A DNA stretch of 59,421 nucleotides from Phoronis australis (GCA_002633005.1 NMRA01000346.1:323594-383014); one strand, 5' to 3'. Counted from the first letter of the stretch, positions 11,983 to 25,500 are shown. Notes: generated from the letters alone by a model not told the origin. Made by a program: numbers and translations.

Positions 11983-14340
11983 TACACTCACCAATCGGAT
12001 GAAATTACTTCAGAGTTTGCGAAGAACACTTGTGCTTTAAGGAGAGAGACATCGGGTTGATGGCAAATTCAACGAAATACGTGCAGTCATTCAAGAAGAG
12101 TTCTTTAGATGTTTCTGAAAATCAATTTCATACGCTCATATGGAGTTTCAAAAATTCATCTGTTGTGGGGTTTGTCGCACTTGAAAACGTCCTATTTTAG
12201 TTGAGTCCTAACTTGTACAATCCGGATCGGCTTCAAAATTGAATGGATTTTGTTAGCGCGTTAATGGACTTGTAGAAATGTTATTTATCACAGTGAGCCA
12301 ACATATACCTACAGGTACGTACATTTTACATGCACTACACAACGTTTCTTTAGGTAAAGCTATTCCCTCAAACCGAAGTATAGACAAATAAGAGTTATAT
12401 AATTAGACACAGGTGTTGTGTATTAAACAAATATTACAGAACATCTCATCGATAACTTTAAAGGCCACCAATGCGTTCAGCCTTGCTACTTATTTTCTGC
12501 CTACTTTAGGTTTTACACGTCATTTTACTTGGCACGGAATATAACTCCAAACGTCTAACTTGTGAAAAGTAGGCATTCACCGTTTTATTTCGGTGTTTCC
12601 GAAAACACCTCTCCATACCACTGTTGACGCTGTGTACGTGCAGCATTAAAGAGTTCCCGTCACGCATTTTCTTCATTTTAGGTGTCAGTTAGCTAATATG
12701 AAATGGATACCATAAAATTTAACTGAATAAGCAATTTTTATGCCAAATAGTTGCGATTTTTTAACTTTGAAGAAATATTAGTTATTTCCAATTTTCCAGC
12801 CAAATGTTTCATGGAAGACGTTTGGTCACTTGACAATCAATTCCAATAGCGGAACACAGCAATCAGAAGACGAGGACGATTTTGAGCGAGAACTGGCTTA
12901 GTACTATGCAAAACAGACACTTAATAATCACAGACAAAGCCCACAGTCAACCTGGGTCACTCGTATTCACTATTGCCATGATGGAATGATCACGGTCTGA
13001 ACACACTGCATAAGCCAACGTGTCGTAGCACTCGATGAGGGCGTGGCATCTCTCATCCTAGAATAGAGGCAGTTTGTTTATTATATCATTTTTGGCCATA
13101 GTAAGATTAAAAAAAAACAAATTTTTTGTGCGACAATTGCCCATTTTTAAAGTTTGTTCGTTATTTATATAATTTCCAAATACACTTACAAGGTGGCCAG
13201 TCCTTTATCATAACACCGCTTTTGTGTTTGACCGAAACACGATTCCTTGAAATGACCTGAACAAAGGGTGGCTCCCTCCCGAATCGCATGCTCCACACTG
13301 ACATTACATATTCTCGTACGGCTCACAAATCGATGTCATTTCTGTGCAACGTTCACTTGAACACAGAAACGTTTTCGGTCAAGTTGCTGTTACTACAGCA
13401 TCCGCAAACGCATCTTTTCTTGTCTGAAAAAGCTGGCTCTACGCAGACTTTCCTCACAATTTCTCAGTATCGCAATGGTAAGAACAATTATGGAGACGGT
13501 CAATACGTACAACCCCGATAACAGAAAATATATCTGTTTTTAATTTTTGGCATGTATACTGAAGAATGTTTATCTCTTCAGATGCATCAATAAAATTCTT
13601 TTTGAGACAGTACAGGATCATGGCGGGGACTCTTTAAGTGACCAAGCGACACTCGGGAACAGAAGATCACTACGAAATGTTTTTATGTTTTTGGTTAAAA
13701 ACAACGAATCGTTAATCGCTGTTCGTGCAACATTTTGGATTTGTAGAGCTAGTTGTCCAGGAAACGTAAGACGGTAACGAAATAGTGATTTTGAAAAGAA
13801 AGGAAGCGAAATTAGAAGAGTTGCAGAAAATATTCTTTGCAACTAATGGAACCCATTGATAGGCTTAAATTGAATCATGTCACGCGATTGCGCTAATGGC
13901 GAGCACCCCTGTTATTTATTTTGCATTTAGTCAGTTGGGCGAAAATTATCATATCATCATCGTCTTTGTCGTCATCTTCATCAGCATCAACCTCGTCGTC
14001 GTCATCGCTATATGTAATTCCCTGCTAGCATTACGTAGAGCTACATGTATCAATAATACTAAAAACGCGCCGATGATAGTAGGTAAATATAAAATCCGTC
14101 TAAACAAGATCGATGACTTTTGCAGCAGTTTAACTTCCCAGAAAACGAGGTGACGTTCTCTAAGTACAAACAAAGGTATAGTGTTGAGAAACTTTCGTAT
14201 GCTTTTGTTCAACAAATTTGCTTAGTTTATGAAAGGGGAGGGAAGTTGTATTTGGGTCAAACCCTGGCTTAAGGAATGACAATTTTAGCACATCCTGGAT
14301 TTATTAATTAATTAATGCATTCACAAAATCAAACTAACAA

Positions 14341-14435
14341 CGATAATAATGGTAATGATAATGATAATAATAATGATAATGATAACGATAATCGTATTGA
14401 TGACGACGACGATGATGATGACGATGATGATGATA
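14341..14435. repeat. (AAT)/(GAT)/(GAC) microsatellite
   Basis: Direct triplet runs. Confidence 0.9.
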
Positions 14436-16608
14436 ACCTTGCTGACTATTTCTTCATAATAATCAAAACAATCGTGTAGCTGAATGGGGCAGTTAGAATG
14501 ACATGATCACTAAATATATAATACAAAGACGCATGTATGCCTTCAGACAGATAGACAGATTGCAAGGCTGTCATCATACAATATACTTTCTAAAAACACA
14601 AAAAGGTTTCATGCCCTGGAGTGAAATAGGCTATTAAATGTTTAATAACAGCAGAGTTTTACCGCGAGCGATGTTTCAGTATAACTTCAAGGGCTGCGTG
14701 TTTTCCTTGCCCCGAAATTAATAAATTGAGTACCAAAATGTTTGTCGTGGACACCACGCATCCGTTAGTGCGTTTTTATAGCGCAAATGACAGAAACACT
14801 GCTTTCTAAAAGTGAAATACAAATAGTTATATCATCAATTATGAATTGTTCGTTTGTATTAAGTCTAATTGATACGGCGAGCTGTACTCAAAAAGAATTT
14901 AAGATGAGAGACGTGAGCCAGGATAGTCACAGCAGCATGCACGCAGCAATTGATAACTGTATCTTTGCTATATAGCACGAGTACACACAATTTGACACTT
15001 TTCTCCCAATCTAGTATTTTCATATGAATTCTATAGCTTTTCGACATACGTTCACATGACGCAATAAAGATATTTCCTGAGCTTTTGCATGATACCATGC
15101 ATGGGAAATCGATCAACAGGAAAATACCCGTTTATTCAACAGAAATCGTACGTGTGTCAATTGTGGGTGCCACTTTTGATGGTTGGTACGTTAATGGGAA
15201 ATAATACAGTACCATCCCAGGCTCTGTTACTGGAGTTTGGTCACGACTTCTACGGAGCGTGTTTTAAGGTGCGGGTATATGGAGTTTGAAGTGCAAATTT
15301 GGACTTTTCTGTCTCGGTGCTGGGGTTTAGAGGATTGAAGTTGGAATTTAGAGGCGTGGCCATGGAATCGTTTGCATTCCGTGCATCTGGGCTGGCACTA
15401 TTTTGAATATATTGCAGGAAAACTGATCACCCCCCCCTCCAGAGCCCAGTTCTCATTACAAATTAATGCAATTTAATACCAATTAGCGCCAACTGACGAG
15501 AAACGCGAAGACATATCAGCCAAGTGGAATCTTTTATGGTCACTTAAACAGTCTAACACGTGTTTAACCAATCTTTACACGAGCAGGTACATGTACACGA
15601 AGTCATTGTTGTGGTGGAGCACTAAATCTCCATTCATTTTAGTGCTGGCTGCCATTAGCGAGAGTTGAAGAAGAGGTCGTGAGAAGGTGGGTTTTATACA
15701 AACCACGTTAAGGGAGAATAGGTATAACGAAAAGAAGATTTCAAAGGCATCTGCACATCTACGTTTGTCATTTTTATGAAAATTGCCGTCATCACCATGT
15801 GCACTGTACTTTGACGGTATAACTACAAGAAGGAATTTAAGAGATGCACAGAGAGGTGGAGGGCAACGAAGACACAAAAACGGCGAAATCAGTTTTCCGT
15901 CGGATATTCAGCATCACCTCAATCTATACAAATCATCTTTTTTCCATCTGTAATGTCATGGAAATTGAATTTGGAATGTCTCCTTCCAAATTTCGAATGA
16001 TGCATAGTGGAAGCGTCAGCGCACACCTTTGTGGAACGTTTGCATTTATTTCGTTAGGCAACAATAGCGTTTCTTATTTTTCTGATACATTGTCAGAGAG
16101 TTTTCTCCACATTAGGCTATTTTCGGTCAAAAAAGTATGATATTATCTTGTAATGTCGGGAATGAAAAGCAATGCCATTTATGATTTTGGTAACGGCGTC
16201 ATTTCTGCCGCATTTACTCGTAAAATATTCAATCTCGATTTTAATGATTCTATGCATAACCATTGTAAGCGTACACTCGGAAAATCGTCGGTGGCATGTT
16301 GTTATTTGGCAGTTCCCGCAATTGACCCGATCTCGTCACCCACCAGGAAATGATCTGGGGGGGGGGGGGCTCTGCAGTCATGCTAGAAACAACAGCAACA
16401 ATTGTTAGTCAGCCCGTGCCAAAATCAGCAAGTGGGGTATATGATGGCAAGATCATGTTTATAAGCAGGCAAACATGCTCAAATACGCACTGTTGCTATG
16501 GCAACTGAAGGTAATTTACCAGCCAAAATCAACAATTTCACGTTAGAAGAAGGCAACCATGCCTAAAAATCTTTGGATGTATTTCTAAGCTAAACTGGGA
16601 AACAAAAA

Positions 16609-16835
16609 CAGAGGTTGATCTACAGGGGGGTTCAGGGGATCAAATCCCCCCTCGGGACAGGATCAAAATAAAAATTGAAAAAAATTTCGCCAAAAAATCA
16701 GCTACTAAAAACCACAAAATATCTTACTCGGTAAGCGGAAACCCCTTCCGGACCTTCCTTCCGCTCGGCGCTACGCGCCTCGGATTCGCTCGAATCCTAA
16801 ACCCCCCTTAGGCCTACTGAAAACGTAGATCTCCA
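16609..16835. mobile_element. Degenerate MITE of the CAGGGGCGGATC..GATCCGCCCCTG type (hAT-like)
   Basis: cagaggttgatctac...gtagatctcc ends, G/C runs and an internal ccgctcggcgctacgcgcctcgg motif. Related ends occur at 21540-21551 and 26117-26133. Confidence 0.5.
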
Positions 16836-17319
16836 ATCGCAAAAAGCATTGAAGCGACCCCCATCTTCAGTGGCCGCATTGAAAAGACCCTCCCCCTCTG
16901 GCCGCGAAGGGATGGTGATACCCTACATATGTGTGCCAAATTTAATCAAAACATAATCAATTTTTGGCATATCGAGAGGACCATCGAACGCCAGGGCAAC
17001 TAACTTCTGTCACAGCGCCACCTATAAATGGAATTGTGACCCTGTGAAATAATAACGAACGGCATACGCAATTCCATGAGTGGACATTAGTGCGCATGTC
17101 TTGATTTGGACATTGTCGTATGCATATGATACAGAAATAAACCGGGAAATGACAACTAATCGTCGTTTCTGTTGTTTCTTACGCCCTGTAAAAGCCGCGA
17201 ACATTCGTGGGAGACATTCATTTACGCTGTTCTTGTGGTTGCAGCAACCGCAAGTCACAAAGACATTTCTCAATAGATGGAGTAGTATACTGATGAGTAG
17301 TCTCCTCCACAGACCCACG

Positions 17320-17455
17320 AGATTGGTTGGGGTCTGCTACAGGGCACTTTTCCATCCGCATTCTTGGAATATCATTGGCTGTTCCGATTTCAAGAAAGAA
17401 GGCATTCTATTGGTCAGTTGTATAATAGGTCAAACTAGTTCACCAACATGGCGAC
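17320..17455 (+). promoter_or_regulatory. Inward-facing promoter-like region at the left end of the element
   Basis: Three ATTGG (inverted CCAAT) boxes at ~17322, ~17374 and ~17409, followed by CAACATGGCG (YY1-type motif overlapping the ATG at 17448). Confidence 0.45.
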
Positions 17456-19716
17456 TTCTAGTGAAAGAATGTCGGTGGATTTACAGCTGTTTAAATCCCT
17501 CTGTTTTGATCGATCTCCTGCATTTTAAAGCTAACGAGTCAAGGAATACATCACCAGTAACGTATACGAAACATTTTATGATAATTGTCCAGTATACTAT
17601 GCTGGATTCTGAAATAATGTGATTTTTTACGAAATAATTTGCCATTACCATTGGCTTTACCGCCATTACCCCAGGCCACCCACAACTACAGTCGCGTACT
17701 ATAGCACCGAATAGCGGGAAAGGACTAGCTGAGTGCGTTGCGGCCACGGGAGATTGTCTCGATCTTTGCGGAGCACACCCTCTAGTATGTTAACATGTTT
17801 ATGTGCGTTATATAAGTTCCCGTGAATGCCGTGAAGGTTGAACTGGTGGGTCAGATAAGGATATAATACACTGTCACTGGCACACTTGTCACTTCTAACA
17901 GAAGTTTGGAGATTAAAAATAGTCAATGGTCCTCAACACGCAAACATCAATCAGTCTAGCAATAGTGTTATAATGACTGATTTTATCGCTTTTGGCGGTG
18001 CCATTCAGCAGTGCCTTTGACTATCATCGTACAGTCATACGGAGTATTCAATTATTTCGGAGGTTGTTTGTTGCTGTGAAATTATGATTATACCCACTCT
18101 TTTCTGTAATCAGCAAGATAAGACCTCACCCTTTTGTGAGTTGGCACAATCATTAAAACTGACCCATTTTGGTGGGAGCCTCAATGAAAGAGTCGACTTT
18201 TCTGATAAAATAATTACGCAAAGTTATTATTTACAGGGAACTGAATTTCAGCAAGAATCTCTCTGGGCTGTATTCTTTTTAACACAACAAGCCTCAGTTG
18301 TGTATGAAACCTTCAGTGGTTTTGGTGGAAAAATGGATCATTTTATACAGTTCAAACCAAAAAGTAAATATTTTTGTGTGGAATTTATTTTGAAATTCGC
18401 CCTTTCATGCTGACTTTTGTAATGTCTGAGTCACTGGTCAGAGGGGCACATTTGGTCATATGCAATCTATGCAAGTGTCCTCCTCTCCTGGACCCCGACT
18501 CGTTGACTGTTTCATTTTTTGCTTTCCACATTCACATGACATCAAGTGTTGCAGTTTGCAACAATCATCTATTAATTTCAGTCTAATTGCAAAACAATGT
18601 CTCGGAACCATTCTAAAACATTCCGAACTACTAAGGTTCGCTGTAATCAAAGCATCCTGGAGTTAGACATTGTAAGCAAGTGGATTTAAAAACTTGGTTC
18701 GTTGAAATGACTAGTTGTAAAAATATCTCACATTTCAAAATTGGGAGCTCAGGGTACTTCAAAGATTTTGATTTGGGTCACTTAACGCAAATTGACGGTT
18801 TCTTGCGCGTTATATGGGTTGGATTGTTATCCAGGCAATAGTCACTCACTGGCAATCCGCATTTTGAGAACAGTTTTAATGTCTGCTATTCTGTGAAAAA
18901 CAGGTTCCTGTTATGCAGTTGAAAACACTGCATGGTTCTCAAAGTGGGGGTCCCCTGTATGTGACTATTACCATTGTGTTTGCTCAGTGTTTTGAACAAC
19001 ATGCTAGTGTGTCATTCTTGTGGTTAGGATCTACATAATACAGCAGTGATTTTAGTCAACATTTCGGTCTCTTTGAATAGTTTTTCAAAATTGCAAATTT
19101 GACTCTTATTGAGGGGGCCTCCTCGTGGCAAGAGTTGGGCAGTGTGAATTGCTTCAGAACATTTGCACTGGCAAACACCCTCACGTTGACTCAAAATTAA
19201 AAACCGTGATGCCATTAATGTGTTCCTAGAAACATTACACGCATAGGCTACAAATCACACAACTGTCATGAAATTTGTCTAACCATTGGGAACTTTATTT
19301 TGCTGATGTATTGATCAGAAATATGGTTTAGGTTAGGGATGGACTGAAGTACTAAGTCTGGGCACTATAGTGGTGGGGCGCACAACAGGGCTACCCCATC
19401 TTCGTTGCAGACCCTTCCCGTGATAGAATCTCATTCCAGTTTTGTGCTTGCCTAGCTCCCCTGTCCCTGTCCCCTGTTCATGCAGTGCCTCCAGGTTGCC
19501 TCTCATCACAATCACAATCATTGGTCACCAACAATTTCTGTTGAATAATTCTGACTACACCAATGGTGCTGGGGAAATAGATTATTAAAGACCCGACTAC
19601 CATTCAAGTTGCACATTCACTGCCTTGTGAAAGCATAGACCATTATGAAAGTAACACCTGGGCCCTGGGTTTCAACTTTTTACTATAGATTATTTTTATT
19701 ATTTATGATCCCAGCA

Positions 19717-19791
19717 TTGGAGCTAAGAGTTTGAGTCTGAGCTCGAGGTTTTGCTAGCAATCTTGAGGTTTTACTCAAATTTTAGCTCGAA
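19717..19791. repeat. ~75-bp imperfect palindrome near the element centre (nested MITE remnant or hairpin)
   Basis: gagctaagagtttgagt..ctcgaggttttgct | agcaatcttgag..actcaaattttagctc. Confidence 0.65.
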
Positions 19792-19879
19792 TCTAGTGGT
19801 CCTTAAGTACCGTACTATATTGAACTTGAAAGGAAGTGGACTGGAAGTGACAAAAACAATTTCAAGTTCAATTTGGATT

Positions 19880-21110
19880 GAAAGCATCACTCTAGAGGTG
19901 TATTCCCAAAACATGATCTAATAATCTCTTTCCAGGGTTTTAAATCAATCCATCAAGACTGAGCTAGAACCTGTTTAACCCAAAAAGCATTTAAATAAAA
20001 TGTGGAGAATAAGAAAGCATCTGTATTAAAATGAACCCATTTTAAGTTACTTGTCCACAAAGTGTACCATTTTTAAGCTGCTATTAACCCAATCTTTTTT
20101 TAGAACCGTCATGTAACAATATAAGATTGGTCTCACAACCAACAATGTTGTTTTTGGCCTAAATAGTAGCACAAATCTAATCAAAATTGGTTGCATGGAG
20201 ATTGGCATATCCAGCAATTGGATGTGGATACTAGTGTCTGGTGTCAGTCTTCGCGTGTGTGCTCATGGTTAGACTCTTGATCTCGTACTCTTCCTTACTG
20301 AGATTACATGTGGCATATTGGCTTCCGTTGAACAATAGTTTGTTATTGCTTAAGACCCGGTGCAATAACCATGGCTTTGAGCAATTACAAAGTTTGAGTT
20401 CTTCCAAGTCCACTAAGGAACAAGTTGAGACAGGGATAGAAACATGGCTTGAAATTTTCTCTTTTAAGAGGATTTCATATTTTTTGTTTTTATTTCCTCT
20501 TGTTTGATTTCAAGCCTCTTTTTTATCATTACTTTGACTTCATTCATGCAAAGACTTTTATTTTTATTAATTAAATTTTACAACATGAAAAATATTTCTA
20601 TCACACAAGCCTATTTGTGAAACGATACATCATCTGGAAAATTTTCCTCTCTTAGTCTTTCCAATTCCTGTATCTAGTGGTAAGTTGTTCAGATCAAAAT
20701 TTATTCTTTGTCATATGCAATGCATTCATAGCACCTTTAAAGGAGTTTAATTCGAAGGAAATATTGAAGCCAGCAGACACCAGCTGATAAGCGCATTCTG
20801 AAATCAACAATTGTGCTCCAAGATGTTCAACCCACATTGTTTGTTATAGGGATAGTGTTCATTCCACCATGATCCTTGGGCTTTCAGGGTACTCTCCTTA
20901 AACCATTCCAAGGGGGTACTCCCACAGGTTTATACAGGACATGACACTCAGCTGGGTGATTTCTTTCAAACAATTTCTCTTCAAAATGGTGCTTGAAAAA
21001 ATCCCTACCAAAGAAAACTTTTTCCCATGAATACAACGGGTTTCACTCTGGAAGTTAAAAACACTGCAAATGGTACCTTTTCCTACTGCTGAAGGGGTTT
21101 TATTACGATA
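19880..21110 (-). pseudogene. Disrupted coding-like sequence of unknown family inside the element
   Basis: Frame-shifted protein-like stretches: FFGRDFFKHHFEEKLFERNHPAECHVLYKPVG; MNEVKVMIKKRLEIKQEEIK / KYEILLKEKISSHVSIPVSTCSLVDLEELKLCNCSKPWLLHRV; FWVKQVLAQS*WIDLKPWKEIIRSCFG. No domain recognised. Confidence 0.4.
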
Positions 21111-21131
21111 CCTGTATTTTTTAAACTTTGG

Positions 21132-21539
21132 NNNNNNNNNNNNNNNNNNNNNNNNNNNNNNNNNNNNNNNNNNNNNNNNNNNNNNNNNNNNNNNNNNNNN
21201 NNNNNNNNNNNNNNNNNNNNNNNNNNNNNNNNNNNNNNNNNNNNNNNNNNNNNNNNNNNNNNNNNNNNNNNNNNNNNNNNNNNNNNNNNNNNNNNNNNNN
21301 NNNNNNNNNNNNNNNNNNNNNNNNNNNNNNNNNNNNNNNNNNNNNNNNNNNNNNNNNNNNNNNNNNNNNNNNNNNNNNNNNNNNNNNNNNNNNNNNNNNN
21401 NNNNNNNNNNNNNNNNNNNNNNNNNNNNNNNNNNNNNNNNNNNNNNNNNNNNNNNNNNNNNNNNNNNNNNNNNNNNNNNNNNNNNNNNNNNNNNNNNNNN
21501 NNNNNNNNNNNNNNNNNNNNNNNNNNNNNNNNNNNNNNN
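21132..21539. other. Assembly gap (408 N)
   Basis: N run; sequence resumes with a MITE end, gatccgcccctg. Confidence 0.99.
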
Positions 21540-21724
21540 GATCCGCCCCTGCTGTAAGAGACCTAAACAATTCATAAAAAGCTTTCAAATAATGAAAACT
21601 GAAAAATGCCAAGTGAAAAGGGTGAAGCCATTGTCAATTCAGGTTTATTTACATAATAAGGAATCGATAATTACTTCACCAGAGACTTCGACCGCAAACG
21701 CAACCAAAAAATAAATTTTTACTC

Positions 21725-21820
21725 TTGCGACACCTAGCGACCTCATAACTTATTACCGGATATAAGCATGCGCACGTCAACTTCCTGGTTAAAAATTGCC
21801 AGCTAACAGCCAATGAAATC
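21725..21820 (-). promoter_or_regulatory. Inward-facing promoter-like region at the right end of the element
   Basis: CCAAT at ~21810, ETS-type CAGGAAGT (minus strand, ~21780-21787), NRF1-type GCGCATGC at ~21767-21774, locally CpG-rich. Confidence 0.45.
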
Positions 21821-22209
21821 CATCGTTCTAGTGCCCTGTACCTGGGCCTTCACAAGCAACCCGTGACGTCAGCTTGTGAGGCCGGGAACCAGGTTAACTG
21901 ATGAGTTTCTCAACTACAACCAATCGGAAATTCTTAAGTGTTTTTCCAACAAATCGGCTTGTTCAAATGTTCAATGACGAGAGTATGAGACCACATATAC
22001 ATACATGTATACATGATGACCAAGGAAGGTCGAAGTAGAATGAATGGCTTATGTGATCGTTTGAAAAACTTGTCTTCTTTTGGTATTATGTATGATTGGT
22101 GTACATCTCCTGAGACAGCGGGACTAATCGTGATGCGCGGCAATACGAGAAGTTATTGTTGAAAGTTAAAGAGCGCGGAAAATAGTTCGGCGTTCATTGA
22201 GACTTATTA

Positions 22210-22453
22210 AAGCGCACCCTGGGGGAGGGGGCTCTAGGGCTCGAACGAGTCCCCCTCCATTTGGCAAAGTGGGCAAAAATTTCCGCCTCAGAGAAACAAA
22301 AAGACCAAGAAAACGAGACAAAAATCCATTAAAAAGGCGCGGAAGCACAGTGAAAGTGGTACCCCGTTTTTAGTCCACCAGCTTTTTTGTCAGCAAAAGG
22401 TCCACATCGTCAGAAATTCGAGCCTCCAATATTAAAGGCTGGGTGAGCGTATG
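22210..22453. mobile_element. Degenerate MITE (gcgcaccc..gggtgagcg ends)
   Basis: Short inverted ends plus G-run/C-run subterminal structure like the other CAG..CTG MITEs in the window. Confidence 0.4.
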
Positions 22454-22485
22454 TCAGAAAGAAGACCCGTTACCAATACACATAA

Positions 22486-22486
<1 letters not shown>

Positions 22487-22560
<74 letters not shown>
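22487..22560. repeat. (CA)n microsatellite
   Basis: Direct run. Confidence 0.97.
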
Positions 22561-25500
22561 TTTTTGACAAAATTCGCGCGGAATTTAACTTGCCAGTTTA
22601 ATTAATAACCAGTTCACTTCAATCACAAATGTCTTCCCTCATTGAAACAGACATTCAGCAAGTTGATCTATATAATGTGGTCTTGCTTTTTATTGGCACG
22701 TGCAAACAACTAGCCGTATATTGACCAATGACAGTGGTGCTTACTTAATGACCTGAAATGACCTAAGTATCTTCACCGTCTCCGAGTTAGAGAAAAGCGT
22801 AACTTAAAACATTAATTATTCGTTAATTTTCAATTTTGGGCTTGTTAACCATCCAAACAGTGATCAGTGACACTTTAAGACAACGGTGATGTGTGCTGTT
22901 TCCTTTGAGCATCAGTTAGAAAATAAAACAAATTCACTCGTCTGACTATATGCTGTAATTTCAACGACCAATGTGTTAACACCAATTTTCTACAGAGGCG
23001 TATTTGCATCTTTTCTTTCAATTGATCTTGACTACAGAAAATAGACTGAAGTCCCTTTGTGGACCACATTGCTTTAACGACTCAAGCTAACGGCCGTGAC
23101 AAGCAATTGTTATAGGCTTGGTCTCCGGAATTCCACGACATTGAGTTCTTCTCAAACTTACAGACCAGTTCAGTTCTGAGAAATGAGCAAGTTAAGACAG
23201 GTTTTATAATTTTAAGTGGCCAAAATCAAAACTTGGATTTTTGCGCGAGTCTCTTTGCAAGTGCTCGCAATGGCACCTTGATAAGCTCAGTACAACCCAT
23301 TTTTAAAACACTTGATTGAGCTTTGGTGCAGATTCCGTAATGTTCATAGCCGTTTGCATGCGTTTTGGCTAAAGTAAGATGTAAAGCAGTGCCTTAATGA
23401 CCAGAAAAATCGAAGCGAAACTCGAGAAAATTGCGACTATTTAGGTTGGCAACCTGGTCATTCAATTTTGGTGTCTAGGCTGTATGACATAGTGCTTATC
23501 TCGGTCTAATTCAGTGCCTCATCAATAAAATCATTGAAAAAAGTCCCCGATCCAGTCAAACAATTGCGTTACATGAACTCTTCCACAACGGACGTTGAAA
23601 CACGTTTAGATCTCATGCATATGTGGAATGTGTTTATGAAAGGTATGGAGATGCAAAGGGTGCCAGGGTACACGCTCTGAGGGTCCGCGGCGCACCTGTA
23701 AATAAGTTCCACTATTAGTTATAGGAGCCAAAAATAGATTTCCTACTTGGCGAAAAAATCGTCAATTATGTTGCTTTGCAGTGAAGTTTATCTCTTTTAT
23801 GCAGGTTGCAGTTCACATTTTTGTCTGAAGGACATGAAACAACGTGCACCTCTTAAGTTTGAGAGTCTTTGCTTTTTGTTGTGAACACATTCAAGCTCAT
23901 ATGTTTTTTAAAAAACTGCACTTAAACGAATTTTCATGATATTGCTCTCAAAAGCAGTACAGAGTGCCTATTACCAATATTCGACGTTTCAACCACATTC
24001 GTGGCAAAATGGCCGTTTGACGACACTTTCGTCGAAGTATCCTTCTTGCTTAAAACACATTTTCTCTAACAGGGGTCGCAATGTGTATGCAGTGACTTCC
24101 GATGATTGTCGACACTTAGCCTACAACCATATCGTGCCTTTTGAAGAGATGGACTAGCACCTGAGCACCCCACGTGGGTTCGTTCGTGCAATCATTTTGT
24201 CATTTCATAACTACAAAAATTAAGATATCGTTGCGCACCGGAAGAAGGCCGCTTTCTCACATCTGCTTGCTGTCATTGCTGTGTACCAAACAGCGAACTT
24301 TCAATTGTATCCGCCGTTTTACTTATTGGTCAGCAGAGAAATATAGCCCCAAACGTCACGCCAAAGTTGAGATTCCACACTCGGTAAACACACTCTTTCG
24401 ATATAAACGAAGCTTTTGTGATTATTGAAGGATAAACTAAGCTTCTGAATCTCCCTAAATTTTGGAAAATATTCGGGTCAACACCACGGCAGCATAAAGA
24501 GCACTGGTTCGAGAATAAGTTGCTGTTCAGATTACCCGACTCTCGAAACAGCGCCACCTATGCTGCCACGTCGACCTCGAAGGTGATTTGATGACGTGTG
24601 CTAAGGAAATTTCCGACTCGTCCAAACTCACTTCGTGGAATGTAAATTGAATAACCATTTTTATTAGATTTGTTGAAGCAATCAACCGAAGTCAGTTAAC
24701 TACTTTCAGAGTAGCCCTTTCCTTAGGAGGACATTGTGCTCAGATTAATTGTTAAGTCATGCCATCTTCGTGCGTATGATGAGATATTGAAAGGGTTCCA
24801 TTGTCATGCAAACCTTACTTATATTGAAAAGTCCAAAAGTGAAAGAATAGAAATTCTCGCATGCACTTACCACGTGTTCAACCCTTGAATGAAAAATTTA
24901 AAAGCTATAGCTTATCAACAAGCCAAATCGATGCTGTAAAATATCGCAGCGGATACATTACACCCACGGTAAGACTTAGTCTATTCACATGCAGTTAATT
25001 TTCACTTTGAAACTTTAGGCATTGTGGATTTCTGACAAACAAGACAAAATTTGCATTGCAAATCTTCCAATCAGCTTTCAGAACTGATGAGTATCCGTTC
25101 CTTATTATTCTTACTCTCAATGAGTTGGGCAAAAACGACGCCAATGACAGCCTATAATGATTGGCATTTTTTACAACTTTCGCACTGTATTGTAAATGCA
25201 CCTATTTAGACCCATGTGTTTATATTCGAAATACTGCTTTTAAAAATGTTCAAGTGTTTCTCACATCGGTGCATGCCTCCAAGCTTCACGTAGAAGTATA
25301 AGCGTCTATGTCTTCCACGTGCGCATATCGAAGACTGGTGTCCCTGTTGGTGTACAATCATAGTACTCCTGTTTTTCATTTAAAGGGGCTTTTTCGGTTT
25401 TACGACCGAAAATGCATTTTTGAAATTATTATTGGGTGGGAGAGACTTCTTGAACGTATTAACTTTGACTTGAGCTATGAAGGAACAAAATTGGACGTGT

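Larger units (their letters stand above)
17298..21896. mobile_element. 4.6-kb DNA transposon with 9-bp TSD and hairpin termini (AcademH-like, non-autonomous or decayed)
   Basis: Exact direct repeat ACTGATGAG at 17289-17297 and 21897-21905; ends TAGTCTC.. and ..CCAGGTTA; terminal hairpins cagaccc..gggtctg (left) and ggccttcacaagc..gcttgtgaggcc (right); inverted subterminal motifs TACAGGGCACT and TCATTGGCTGTT shared by both ends. Confidence 0.8.

Noticed and set aside
17290-17297. CTGATGAG hammerhead box in the TSD
   Set aside because: The reconstructed empty site has no GAAA correctly placed after a helix II.
17080-17622. 180-aa ORF, the longest non-repeat ORF
   Set aside because: It crosses the transposon boundary and TSD at 17289-17298 and has no recognisable domain; likely a chance frame.
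20898-21714. Long ORFs spanning N runs (also 34396-35180)
   Set aside because: Their length is an artefact of the assembly gaps.
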